Made by a program: the position numbers and the translations under genes. 64,000 bases of DNA from Squalus acanthias (taxonomy: Eukaryota): positions 10,108,001-10,172,000 of the forward strand of contig CM059433.1 of NCBI GenBank assembly GCA_030390025.1, given 5' to 3'. Each line of letters starts with the position of its first letter. The stretch's first letter is position 1. The notes beneath the pieces were generated by a model that was not told where the DNA came from, made no database searches, and saw only the letters and a list, made by a program, of their open reading frames with translations. Below are positions 22,747 through 35,406 of the stretch, piece after piece.

Positions 22747-22868
22747 CACCTGACGAAGGAGCAGCGCTCTGAAAGCTTGTGATTTCAAATAAAACTGTTG
22801 GACTATAACCTGGTGTTGTGCGACTTCTCACATTTGTCCACCCCAGTCCAACATCGGCATCTCCACAT
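22747..22868 (+). mobile_element. Penelope terminal-repeat-only insertion
   Basis: cacctgacgaagg..cgacttctcacatttgtccaccccagtcc; near-TSD CAAGAAGG(T/G)AGTA (22734-46, 22869-81). Confidence 0.85.
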
Positions 22869-23402
22869 CAAGAAGGGAGTAGGAATGGAAATAAGGAAAT
22901 GGAAAGCGTATTATACGTCCTGTGATGGGAGAGTGAACTACTGAAGGTAGGAATTCCATGCACCAAATCACCGTGGCCGGGATTGTCCTGGGAGCTGCTC
23001 CCACTCCAATGCCGTAACTTCACCATAAGTGCGGTGGAAACATACGTAAATGAGGATTTCTGCGCACTTCCAGCAAAGTTACGGTAGCGGATCGGGAGCA
23101 GCTCCGAGGAAAGTCCCGGCCCACGTCTCAAAGCCCACTGCTCGTATGTTGAAAGGCAAAATGATTTGCGTTATATGTTACACGAGCCTGCCCATACTCA
23201 CTGATTATGCGCGAGCTTACAATAGTGTATGTAATGCCAATTTGATATCGAAATAGCTATGTATGCTTTTGCACTTGTAATATATCTTGCTCTTTCCACA
23301 AATCTAGAAGAACCTAGTCAAACACTACCTGCACCTGTAGAACTCCACACTCAAACTATTACCCCCTTCATCTGAAGCAGCACCTCGGGAGCTGAGGTTG
23401 AG

Positions 23403-23468
23403 GGAGATGAGGGTGAGGTGATTGATGAGGGTGAGGTGATTGATGAGGGTGAGGTGATTGATGAGGTG
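23403..23468. repeat. 18-bp tandem repeat (GAGGGTGAGGTGATTGAT), about 3.5 units
   Basis: Direct inspection. Confidence 0.85.
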
Positions 23469-23954
23469 CCAAATGGTACAGAGCAAAGGCTCAAAATGCT
23501 GCCTGCCACAAATAAGCCATAGAACCATAAAAGTAACAGCGCAGCAGCAGGTCATTTTAGCCCATCAGGTCCATGCTGGCTCTTTGCTAATGAGTCCTAT
23601 AGTGACACAGACCTTAATTGGCTACAAGTTTGTGCTTGGTAGATACCTGCTCAGGTTCAGTGGAGTCAGTCACACCCGCAAGTGAATTCCATGCCATTAA
23701 GTGCTGGAGTAATCTCGATCTGCTCAATATGTACTTATATGACAGCATAAACCAGGGCTGTAACAATGATACTCCCTTGTGATCTGCACTGGATATTCAT
23801 GCGTTGTGCACATCATGCACCTGCCTGCCTCTCTAAACTGTGGATAAAGCAAACGCCTGATAGGATGAGCCAGATACGAATTTTTAACCTGCTTAATTTC
23901 ACAACAAGTGAACTCAGAGAGCAACAGTGACGATTAGACTGCCCAAGAGATTAG

Positions 23955-24858
23955 GGCCGTGATTTCGCCGACCGAGGCGGGCTCAGTGCGGCCGAGGTAG
24001 GTGGCGGGTTCCGATCCCGCTCCCGGCTCCATCCCGCTCCGTAAGAATGATTTTCCGTTGATTGGTCTTGTTAAGCCCGCCCTGCGAGGTTCCCGGCCAA
24101 TTAAAAGGAAGCGGATCTGATGATGTCATTTGATGACGCATCATCAGCCGGTTTCCTTAAAGAGACCATGTCCACATTCATTTTGACAGTTCTGCTGTCA
24201 GTGTTCTACAGCATTGAGGTGCTGCAAACACTGACAAGCACTGCACAAAGGTGCACGGCTGCACCCAGGCTCTCGCATGACTCCCTCCATATGCTTATGG
24301 AGGGAGTCACAGCACGCAGGGAGGTTCTCTTCCCTTCCAATGGGCGGAAGACACCTCCCCAGGAGACCAACGCAGCCTGGTTGCACATTGCACAGGAGGA
24401 CACAAGCAGGGATGTCGTCAGGAGGACCAGGCTGCAGTGGAGCATACCTTTCAATGATCTCAGTAGATCACGAAACGTTACTGCCAAGCCACACTCAACC
24501 TCATCCTGCTGTGCCACTCATCACATCCCCATCACTCTGCCTTCCCTACCCTACTCCTGCACATCCTTACTCACATCAACTTACCTTGCACCTCCACCCA
24601 TTCCTCTCTATCTACATTATCACATCCCCATCTCACTAGCCACCCCTCACACTCACTCTCAACCTACTGCAAGCATACCAACTAACAACACACAAGGGTA
24701 GGCACCTGGGTGTTTTCGCCAATGTTCATGTGAAGTTCCTGTTGATGTGTTGCCAAACATTAAAATCTTTATTTTCCACACTTTGCGTTCTTGGACAGAT
24801 TTGTGTGCACCTTTGGAAGTGGCTTAGTGAGTTGCAGTGAATGGTGACACATAACGGA
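23955..24858 (+). mobile_element. One-ended Harbinger fragment with a Myb/SANT exon (same family as 8042-9824)
   Basis: Starts with TIR GGCCGTGATTT. Reads AAPRLSHDSLHMLMEGVTARREVLFPSNGRKTPPQETNAAWLHIAQE..RRT.LQW..FNDL. Reverse-complement homologue of ~8920-9824. Confidence 0.85.
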
Positions 24859-24859
24859 T

Positions 24860-25143
24860 CCATCCCCTATTCTAATCACTCCAACATTGGCGGCCGTTCT
24901 TTCAGCTGCCGAGGCCCTAAGCTCTGGAATTCCCTCCCTAAACCTCTCCGCTTCGCTACCTCTCTTTCCTCCTTTAAGATGTTCCTTAAAACCTAGCTCT
25001 TTGACCAAGCTGTTGGTCACCGGCCCTAATATCTCCTGATGTGGCCTGGTGTCACATTTTGCCTGATGATGCTCCTGTGAAATGCCTTGGGATGTTTTAC
25101 TACATTACAGGTGCGATATAAATGCAAGTCGTTGTTGTTGTTG
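24860..25143 (+). mobile_element. L2 3' fragment
   Basis: ggccctaagctctggaattccctccc..tataaatgcaagtcgttgttgttg. Confidence 0.85.
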
Positions 25144-25936
25144 TATCATTCTGCTGACCCTGCGCTGCACCCCCTCCAAGGCCAATATATCCTTCCTGAG
25201 GTGCGGGGCCCTGAACTGAACGCAGTTACTCTACAATCCGCACAGGGACGTTCACAACTCACAAACGGCAAACGTGACAAAAGAAAAAACACATCACAGA
25301 TATTTGGACAACATGACGGGCTGCACGACTGAATAAATTGAATTCACTTTTAGCCTGTCTTGCACTCTGTCATTCTTTCATTGTGCCAAAGAGAATGCGT
25401 CAGTTATTCAAAACTCAAAGAAACTTAGCTGTGTGCAGTGCATACTAAAATAAAAAGCAGAAATGGCAAATTGCAATCAGTGATTATCATTGTATCTAAA
25501 AAAACATAATTGGATCAAATTACAAAGCTCAAACACTACAGTAACGGTTGCCTTATTAAATTAATGAAATACAGAATAAAGACCTGGATGAACTGGGCAG
25601 TGAGGACCTGTCTCCCCCTCTGCCGTGGCTGGTCTGCCGTTGCTCCTAGCTGAAGTTGTGCAGTGATATGTATGGTGTTACCGATCTCTGGTTATGCCCC
25701 TAATAAAGTGGTAGATGGTTAATTCCTGAGATGCCCCCTGATGGAGCCAGTGGCATAAAAGCTGTGGACAGAGCTGAGCTTCATTGGTAATTGATAGTGA
25801 ATTGCAGATGTTTTGACTGTCGTTGCAAGTCTTTGTAAATCAGGTGGCTCGCCTCAGTTACAGCCTTCCTGGTGAGCCCGAGAATCCGAAGGCAATTGTC
25901 CTCACTATGCCCACATAACTTGCGGTAGATGTGTCA

Positions 25937-26410
25937 GTGTCAGCTGTGGCTCAGTGGGTAGCACTCTCGCCTCTTGAGTCTGGAATGTTGTGGGTTCGAG
26001 TCCCACTCATGGGGACTTGAGCCTGTAAAGCTAGGCTGATACTCCAGTGCAGTGCTGAGGGAGTGCTGCACTGTCGGAGGTGCCGTCTTTCGGATGAGAC
26101 GCTAAACTGAGGCCCCGTCTGCTCTCTCTGGTGGATGTAAAAGATCCCATGGCCACTATTTCAAAGAAGAGCAGGAGAATTATCCCCGGTGTCCTGGGGC
26201 CAATATTTATCCCTCAATCAACATAACAAAAACAGATTATCTGGTCATTATCACATTGCTGTTTGTGGGAGCTTGCTGTACGCTAATTGGCTGCTGCGTT
26301 TCCCACATTCCAACAGTGACTCCACTTCAAAAGTACTTCATTGGCTGCAAAGCGCTTTGAGACGTCTGGTGGTTGTGAAAGGCGCTAAAGAAATGCAAGT
26401 CTTTCTTTCT
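25937..26410 (+). mobile_element. Full-length tRNA-headed DeuSINE (SacSINE1-like) with an L2-type tail
   Basis: Box A TGGCTCAGTGG, box B GGTTCGAGTCC, Deu-domain ggaggtgccgtctttcggatgagacg..aaagatcccatgg..cccggtgtcctgg, tail aaagcgcttt..aaatgcaagtctttct. Confidence 0.9.
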
Positions 26411-27169
26411 AGATTCCTTACTTGAGTACTACCTGCTGTGACTCATGGGCCTCCCACCCCCTCTGCACTACAATTCCAAATTCGCATCGTTTACATTTGA
26501 ATGGCGGCTTCACACGTGCTTACCGTCAGGGTATGACAGTACTACTCAACCACTACACTCAAATCTTCATGTTCCTAATCTTTACTTACAACAGACTTCT
26601 GTAAAATACTTACCTGTTAATGTGCCTCCTTACTTGCTGAATTCTGCACTAATTGGTCACTCACGATTTTTAACAAGGCCGTAACAAATTCAGTTGGCCC
26701 TTTTTCCAGTTTTCCATAAATGTTTCGAACAGCTGATTTTGGGGTGGGGGTGGGTGCGGAGTTGTCAGAGTAAGGATAATTAGCCAGTTGCGACTTTACC
26801 CAACCGTTCCACCACTCTTAACACACATCTGTTTCACAGAGCTGCACGGAGGAAAGTCAGTTCCAACGGTTTAAGGCTGTCACTGAGAATGCATAATGTG
26901 CTACAGCTGAACCTTCCAACTGTTATTTTTCAAGGATTCTGTTCAAAATGACAATAATTAAAACGCCTGCAATTCTTTGTAAATTGTCAGAACATCCATT
27001 TGCTGTGGATTCCTCATTTTCATTTATTTTTCTATCCAGATAAAAGTTATCTTTTAGGGATTTGGTTATACTTAAACTTTGTGACTCCAAATTCTGCCAA
27101 TGTTCTCCCCTTGTGGGGATGTGGTACCACTGTGCCAGTTGCACTCCTGATACCTTGCCCAAGTGGTCA

Positions 27170-27922
27170 TCTTGGGAAATGTTGATGTACAGAGGGACCT
27201 GGGTGTCCTTGTACACCAGTCACTGAAAGCAAACATGCAGGTGCAGCAAGCAGTTAGGAAGGCAAATGGTATGTTGGCCTTCATTGCAAGAGGATTTGAG
27301 TACAGGAGCAAGGATGTCTTACTATAGTTATACAGGGCCTTGGTGAGACCACATCTGGAGTACTGTGTGCACTTTTGGTCTCCTTACCTAAGAAAGGATA
27401 TACTTGCCATAGAGGGAGTGCAGCGAAGGTTCACCAGACTGATTCCTGGGATGGCAGGATTGTCGTATGAGGAGAGATTGGGTCGACTAGGCCTGTATTC
27501 ACTAGAGTTTAGAAGAATGAGAGGGGATCTCATTGAAACGTATATAATTCTGACAGGGCTAGATAGACTGGATGCAGGGAGGATCTTTCCCCTGGCTGGG
27601 GGGTCTAGAATGAGGGGTCACAGTCTCAGGATACGGGGGTAGGACAGTTAGGACTGAGATGAGGAGAAATTTCTTCACCCAGAGGGTGGTGAACCTGTGG
27701 AATTCTCTACCACAGAAGGCTGTGGAGGCCAAGTCACTGAATATATTTAAGAAGGAGATAGATAGATTTATAGACACAAAAGGCATCAAGGGGTATGGGG
27801 AGAGAGCGGGAATATGGTATTGAGATAGAGGATCAGCCATGATCATATTGAATGGCGGAGCAGGCTCGAAGGGCTGAATGGCCTACTCCTGCTCCTATTT
27901 TTCTATGTTTCAATGTTTCTAT
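27170..27922 (+). mobile_element. CR1 3' fragment
   Basis: QRDLGV..LVRPHLEYC..FFTQRVVNLWNSLP with stops and frameshifts, plus tail. Confidence 0.9.
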
Positions 27923-28407
27923 CTTCATGTGTGAGCGGGGCTTGCTTGATAGTGACTAGAAATGGGAATTCTGGATGGTTTCAGTTCTATTCTCCCCCTC
28001 CCCCTTCCCCCCGGGGTGCTGAGGCCCATTTGTAACACATCTCCCTCTCCTTGGCTGCGGGCTAACGCACAGATGTGTTATTGAATATGGGAACTTGCTG
28101 GTCTATCTGATTGCCTTATCTAGCTGAGCCTTTAGGGAAGCTGGCCCATAGCTGTAATGATCAGTCTGCCTTCCTGTCATGTTCAGTTAATCGCACTGGC
28201 CGTCCTTTCTGCCCTTTAATAAGTATAATAGCAATAGTTGGCACCACAGTCCACTGACAATTTTGAATGCTGCCTAACAAACTTCTTCAATTCCAGCACT
28301 TCTAATGAAACATTCTCCCTTTATTCAGTTAAAAGTTTAATTGCCATTAGAAACCTGTATGCTCCTCCAAGAAAATGCAGTACTCAATTATTTATTGACT
28401 ATATAAA

Positions 28408-28870
28408 AAAAAAGACTTGTATTTATAAAGCGCCTTTCACGACCACCGGACGTCTCAAAGCACTTCACAGCCAATGAAGTATAGTCACTGTTATAATGTG
28501 GGAAACGCGGCAGCCAATTTGCGCACAGTAAACTCCCACAAACAGCAATGTGATAATGACTGGATAAACTGTTTTTGTTATGTTGATTGAGGGATAAATA
28601 TTGGCCCCAGGACACCGGGGATAACTCCCCTGCTCTTCTTCGAAATAGGGCCATGGGATCTTTTACATCCACCTGAGAGAGCAGACGGGGGCCTCGGTTT
28701 AACACGTCTCATCTGAAAGACGGCACCTCTGACAGTGCGGCACTCCCTCAGCACTGCACTGGGAGTGTCAGCCTAAGCTTTATGTGCACAAATCCCTGGA
28801 GTGAGATTTGAACCCACAACCTTCTGATTCAGTAGGTCAAGTGTGCTACCAATTGAGCCACAGCTGACAC
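28408..28870 (-). mobile_element. Full-length DeuSINE
   Basis: Reverse-complement homologue of 25937-26410. Confidence 0.9.
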
Positions 28871-29949
28871 TAAAAATCTCAGAGGAAATCGAAAAGAGCT
28901 AAACCTCCGACCACAAAAACAGAGCAAGTAGATTCTGCATTCTCAGTGATTTCTTGGAGACTGGCCTCTCTGCTAATGTGCTGGTCCACCTATTGGCATT
29001 ATTTCAAGCAGCCCCTTGTTTGTTGCAGCCTGTGGAATAAAGTAGATTGGCTTCCTCTGAGTGTCTACCCATAATCTTGCTGTGTAAGCATGGTTTTGGT
29101 GAAATTGCTTCCATTACCTTTTAGAGGCTTAGGCAATGTGTTGTATCTCTGTATTTTCAAATCTTCACAAATAGCTGTAGATCTGAGAAATACGATAACC
29201 TAAAGGATTCGCTGCAGGGATTTTTTGCGTCATTGATTTTCAGCTTTTAAGTCTTATGAGCCAGTCCATTTCTATTAATGAAAGCTCCATTGAAAAAACT
29301 AACGATTGTGGAATTGCTTTAGTCATAACAGTGAGCTGCCCTGTACATCTGTACTATCCTTTTGTTGCCGCTGTGTGAGATGAATTTTCTTTTTTTTTAG
29401 ATAGATGATTATAATTATACCTAGCCACAAAATAGTCAAAATATTCATTGCTGTATTGGACCATTTTTAATCATTTTAATCACTTTCTTTCATCCTATTT
29501 GTTACACCACACTTGGAGTACTGTGTACAGTTCTGGTCTCCATATTATAAAAAGGATATAGAGGCACTGGAGAAGGTGCAAAAAAGATTTACAAGGATGA
29601 TACTAGAATGGACAGGTTATACTGATCAGGAATGATTGAACAGGCTGGGTCTCTTTTCTCTGGAAAAGAGAAGGCTGAGGGGTGACCTGATAGAGGTCTT
29701 TAAGATTATGAAAGAGTTTGATAGAGTCGACGTAGAGAAGATGTTTCCACTTGGGGGAGACCAGAACCAGGGGCCATAAATATAAGATAGTCATTAATCA
29801 ATCCAATAGGGAATTCAGGAGAAACTTCTTTACCCAGTGAGTGATAAGAATGTGGAACTCGCTACCACAAAGTGTTGTTGAAGCAACTAGCATGGATGTA
29901 TTTAAGGGGAAGTTAGATAAATATATGAGGGAGAAAGGAATAGAAGGAT

Positions 29950-32900
29950 TTAATCGGGAGTTAGAGGGAGTTAATAGGAATGTAGTGGTAATAGGGGAAA
30001 GCATAGTCAGGGGGATAGATACAGTTCTCTGTGGCCAAGAGCGAGAGTCCAGGCGGCTGTGTTGCCTGCCCGGTGCCAGGGTTCGGGACATCTGCTCTGG
30101 GCTGGAGAGGAACTTGCAGTGGGAGGGGGAGGAGCCAGTGGTCGTGGTCCACGTCAGTACCAACGACATAGGTAGAACTAGGAAAGAGGTTCTGCTGAGA
30201 GAGTATGAGCAGCTAGGGGCTAAATTAAAAAGCAGAACCTCAAGGGTAATAATGTCTGCATTATTACCTGAGCCACGAACAAATTGGCACAGGGTAAATA
30301 AAATGAGAGAGATGAATGCATGGCTCAAAGACTAGTGTGGGAGAAATGGGTTTCAATTCCTGGGGCACTGGCACCAGTACTGGGGAAAGTGGGATCTGTA
30401 TCGTTGGGACGGTCTTCACCTGAACTGTGCTGGGACCAGTGTTCTGGCGAGTCGTATAACTAGGGCGGTAGAGAGGGCTTTAAACTAAATAGTGGGGGCA
30501 AGGGATCAAATTTGGGAAGATGTGGTAAGTCAAAGAGTAGAGACAAGGCAAGAGAGAAAGGTATTAATATGGGAAATGATAAACAGACCGTGACAGGAAG
30601 GGATAGAGAGTACAAATCTAAGAGTAAATCAACAGATAAGACTAGAGGTCACAAAAATAATAAAAGGACAAAACTAAAGGTTCTGCATCTGAATGCACGT
30701 AGCATTCGAAACAAAACAGATGAACTGATAGCGCAAATAGAAATAAATAAGTATGATCTGATAGCCATTACAGAAACATGGCTGCAGGATGACATAGATT
30801 GGGACCTGAATATTGAAGGGTACACGACATTTAGGAAGGACAGGAAGCTAGGAAAAGGTGGAGGGGTGGCTCTGTTAATTAAGGATGGTATTAGCACAAT
30901 AGAGAGGGATGACCTAAGTTCAGGAAACCAGGATGTAGAAGCGGTTTGGGTAGAGATGAGAAATGATAAAGGCAAGAAGTCACTTGTGGGAGTGGTGTAC
31001 AGGCCCCCTAACAGTAACCGCATGGTAGGATGGAGTATAAAGGAAGAAATAATGGGAGCTTGTCAGAAAGGTATGGCAATAATCATGGGGGATTTTAATC
31101 TACATATAGACTGGAAAAATCAGATGGGCAAAGGTAGCCTAGATGAGGAGTTCATGGAATGTTTTCAGGATAGTTTCTTAGAACAGCACGTTCTGGAGCC
31201 AACCAGAGAGCAGGCTATACTAGACCTGGTATTGTGCAATGAGATAGGATTAATTCATGACCTCATAGTGAAGGCGCCCCTAGGTAGCAGCGATCATAAT
31301 ATGATTGAATTTTACATTCAGTTTGAGGGAGAGAAGAGTGGGTCCAAGACTAGTATTTTAAACTTAAATAAGGGCAATTATGAGGGCATGAAAGCAGAGC
31401 TAGCTAAAATGAACTGGCAAATTAGGTTAAGGGATAGGTCAATAGAGTTGCAGTGGCAGACATTTAAGGGGATATTTCAAAATACACAGAATATATATAT
31501 TTCAACGAGAAAGAAAAATTCCAAGGGGAGGACCCACCATCCGTGGTTAACTAAAAAAGTTAAAGATAGTATCAAACTTAAAGAAAAAGCATATCATTGC
31601 ACAAAGATGGGTGGCAGGTCAGAAGATTGGACAGAATATAAAAAACAGCAAAGAATGACTAAAAGATTAATAAGGAGAGAAAAATTAGAGTACGAGAGAA
31701 AGCTAGCTAGAAATATAAAAACAGATAGTAAGAGTTTCTATAGATATTTTAAAAAGAAAAGAGTTAACAAAGTGAGCGTTGGTCCTATAAAAAGTGAGTC
31801 TGGGGAATGAATAATGGAAAATAAGGAGATGGCAGTTGAATTGAACAGGTATTTTGCATCGGTCTTCACTATAGAGGATACAAGTAACATCCCAGAAATA
31901 GCTGTAAATCAGGAAATGGAAGGGAGGAACTCAAGAAAATTACAATCACCAGGGAAGTGGTACGGAGTAAATTGTTGGAGCTGCGGGCTGACAAGTCCTC
32001 GGGTCCTGATGGACTTCATCCTAGGGTCTTGAAAGAAGTGGCTAGCGAGATAGTTGATGCATTGGTTTTAATTTTCAAAATTCCCTAGATTCGGGCAAGG
32101 TTCCATTAGATTGGAAAATAGCAAATGTAACTCCTTTATTCAAAAAGGGAGGGAGACAGAAAGCAGGAAACTACAGGCCAGTTAGCTTAACATCTGTCAT
32201 AGGGAAGATATTAGAAGCTATTATTAAAGACGTTATAGCAGGGCACTTAGAAAAGTTCACGGTAATCAGGCAGAGTCAACATGGTTTTGTGAAAGGGAAA
32301 TCATGTTTAACCAATTTATTGGAGATCTTTGAGGAAGTAACATGTGCTGTGGATAAAGGGGAACTGGTGGATGTACTGTACTTAGATTTCCAGAAGGCAT
32401 TTGATAAGGAGCCACATCGAAGGTTATTGTGGAAGATAAAAGCTCATGGTGTAGGGGGTAACATATTGGCATGGATAGAAGATTGGCTAGCTAACAGGAA
32501 ACAGAGAGTAGGCATAAATGGGTCATTTTCTGGTTGGCAAGATGTAACGAGTGGTGTGCCACAGGGATCAGTGCTGGGGCCTCAACTTTTTACAATTTAT
32601 ATAAATGACTTGGATGAAGGGACCGAAGGTATGGTTGCTAAATTTGCTGATGACACAAAGATAGGTAGGAATCTGGCAAATGGGGTATAATGTGGGAAAA
32701 TGTGAAATTGTCCATTTTGGCAGGAAGAATAAAAAAGAAGCATATTATCTAAATGGTGAGAGATTGCAGAGCTCGGAGATGCAGAGAGATCTGGGTGTCC
32801 TAGTGCATGAATCACAAAAGGTTACTATGCAGGTACAGCAAGTAATTAGGAAAGCTAATAAAATGTTATCGTTTATTGCGAGGGGAATTGAATACAAAAG

Positions 32901-33567
32901 TAGGGAGGTTATGCTTCAGTTATAAAGGGCATTGGTGAGACCACATCTGGAGTACTGTGTACAGTATTGGTCTCCTTATTTACGGAGGATGTAAATGCGT
33001 TGGAAGCAGTTCAGAGAAGGTTTACTGGACTAATACCTGGAATGGGCGGGTTGTCTTATGAGGAAAGGTTGGACAGGCTAGGCTTGTATCTGCTGGAGTT
33101 TAGAAGAGTAAGAGGTGACTTGATTGAAACATATAAGATCCTGAGGGGTCTTGACAGGGTGGATGTGGAGAGGGTGTTTCCTCTTGTGGGAGAATCTAGA
33201 ACTAGGGGTCACTGTTTAAAAATAAGGGGTCACCCATTTAAGACAGAGATGAGGAGAAATCTTTTCTCACAGAGGGTCGCGAGTCTTTGGAACTCTCTTC
33301 CTCAGAGGGCAGTGGAAGCAGAGTCTTTGAATATTTTTTAAGGCAGAGGTAGATAGATTCTTGGTAAGCAAGGGGGGTGAAAGGTTATCGGGGGTAGGCG
33401 GGAATGTGGAGTAATCAGATCAGCCATGATCTCATTGAATGGCGGCGCAGGCTCGAGGGGCCGAGTGGCCGACTCCTGCTCCATGTTGGTATGTTCGTAT
33501 GTTGGTATGTTGGTATGTTCGTATGTTCGTATGTTGGTATGTTGGTATGTTGGTATGTTGGTATGAT
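29950..33567 (+). mobile_element. 5'-truncated, decayed CR1 (second lineage): ORF1 esterase, APE and RT with stops, frameshifts and a deletion
   Basis: VIGESIVRG, STND and DGLH in ORF1; [21 protein letters not shown] and FADD in ORF2; stops at 30333 and 31808; long (TTGGTATG)n tail. Confidence 0.92.
33483..33566 (+). repeat. (TTGGTATG/TTCGTATG)n CR1 tail microsatellite
   Basis: About 10 octamer units directly after the CR1 3'UTR. Confidence 0.9.
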
Positions 33568-33684
33568 ATGTTGATGGTGCTACATGAAGAAGGGTGAGAA
33601 GGAGGCTCGTGTGGAGCATAAACACCGGCATCGACCTGTTGGGCTGAATGGCCTGTTTCTGTACTGTAAATACTGAGTAAATAC

Positions 33685-35406
33685 GGCCGGAATTTTCCCA
33701 TCAAAAAATGGGTGGGTTTGGAGCGTGGGGGCAGTTACATTGTTAAAAATGGGAATCCCGACCTGATCCCGCCTCCAACCCGCTCACTTCCGGTTTCCCC
33801 GGGGGCGGGCGACCAACCCGCTCCCAGGGGGCGGAACGTCAATTTAAACATTGTAATGAGGCGGGAAGCCTCTTTTTCCCCGTCCATTTTGAGTTTAACT
33901 GCCTGTGGGCGGGTTTCACACAATTCGTGAGACCCGGCAGTTAAGCCGAGGCGGGGACCGGTGGATCCAGGATGTAAGTGACTTTATACCCACCTCCTGG
34001 ATCCAGGGTCCCGACCCACCACAATCGGAGACCCCAACACGAGGCCTCCAATCGCATTCTAAGGCCTCCACCCCGCAGGCCTCCCCCCTCCCCAGACCTC
34101 CCCACCCAATGATGATGATTAGGCCGGACTCGATCCTCCGCACCAAACACCCCCGATCCCTGGCCGCCCCTCCCCCGCAATCCCCGATTCCCCCCCACGA
34201 TCGCCAATCGCCTGCCGATCACTGACCCCTCCTCCCGATCTCCGACCCCTCCTCCCGATCACTGACCCCTCCTCCGATCACTGACCCCTCCTCCTGATCA
34301 CTGACCGCTCCTCCCGATCCCCGACCCCCTCCTCCCGATCACTGACCCCTCCTCCCAATCTCCGACCCCTCCTGCCGATCACTGACCCCTCCTCCCGATC
34401 TCCGACCCCTCCACCCAATCACTGACCCCTCCTCCCGATCACTGACCCCTCCTCCCGATCTCCGACCCCTCCTCCGATCACTGACCCCTCCACCCGATCG
34501 CTGACCCCTCCACCCGATCGCTGACCCCTCCTCCCGATCTCTGACCCCTCCACCCGATCACTGACCCCTCCTCCCGATCACTGACCCCTCCTCCCGATCT
34601 CCGACACCTCCTCCCGATCTCCGACCCCTCCTCCGATCACTGACCCCTCCTCCCGATCTCCGACCCCTCCTCCCGATCTCCGACCCCTCCTCCGATCACT
34701 GACCCCTCCTCCGATCACTGACCCCTCCACCCGATCACTGACCCCTCCTCCGATCACTGACCCCTCCTCCGATCACTGACCCCTCCTCCGATCACTGACC
34801 CCTCCACCCGATCACTGACCCCTCCTCCAGATCACTGACCCCTCCTCCCGATCTCCGACCCCTCCTCCCGATCTCCGACCCCACCTCCCGATCTCCGACC
34901 CCTCCTCCTGTTCTCCGACCCCTCCTCCCGATCTCCGACCCCACCTCCCGATCTCCGACCCCTCCTCCTGTTCTCCGACCCCTCCTCCCGATCTCCGACC
35001 CCTCCTCCCGATCTCTGACCCCTCCTCTCGATCTCCGACCCCTCCTCCCGATCTCCGACCCCTCCTCCCGATCACTGTCCCCTCCTCCAGATCTCCGACC
35101 CCTCCTCCCGATCTCTGACCCCTCCTCTCGATCTCCGACCCCTCCTCCCAATCACTGACCCCTCCTCCCGATCGCTGACCCCTCCTCCCGATCACTGACC
35201 CCTCCTCCCGATCACTGACCCCTCCTCCCGATCTCTGACCCCTCCTCCCGATCACTGACCCCTCCTCCCGATCACTGACCCCTCCTCCCGATCTCCGACC
35301 CCCCTCCCATGATCCCTCCCCCGGCCTCCCGGGTTTCCCGCCCGCCTCGGACCCCCACCACCCCTCCTCCCACCCCCAACCCACCTCCCCGAACAAAATT
35401 CCGGCC
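33685..35406. mobile_element. Harbinger-like MITE containing an expanded minisatellite
   Basis: TIRs GGCCGGAATTTT / AAAATTCCGGCC; flanks TAC and AAC. Confidence 0.8.
34199..35305. repeat. 20-bp minisatellite (GATCACTGACCCCTCCTCCC / GATCTCCGACCCCTCCTCCC)
   Basis: Roughly 55 tandem units of 19-20 bp, two main variants interspersed, no spacers. Confidence 0.95.

Larger units (their letters stand above)
29500..33680 (+). mobile_element. CR1 3' fragment (29500-29949 plus 33568-33680) hosting a nested CR1
   Basis: [22 protein letters not shown]. Its 3'UTR (ggaggctcgtgtggagcataaacaccggc) resumes after the nested element; compare the uninterrupted 3'UTR at 40545-40680. Confidence 0.8.

Noticed and set aside
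24120..24701. 193-aa ORF as a domesticated NAIF1/MSANTD gene
   Set aside because: It lies inside a truncated Harbinger copy, and the ORF reads through probable intron sequence. The sister copy at ~9400 has a stop, and key Myb residues are altered.
25937..26010. tRNA gene
   Set aside because: The A and B boxes belong to a multi-copy SINE head; no complete cloverleaf can be supported.
29841..30335. Single ORF joining an RT C-terminus to an esterase
   Set aside because: Junction artefact of one CR1 nested inside another.
33432..33704. ORFs with (YQHTNIPT)n repeats
   Set aside because: Antisense translation of the CR1 octamer tail.
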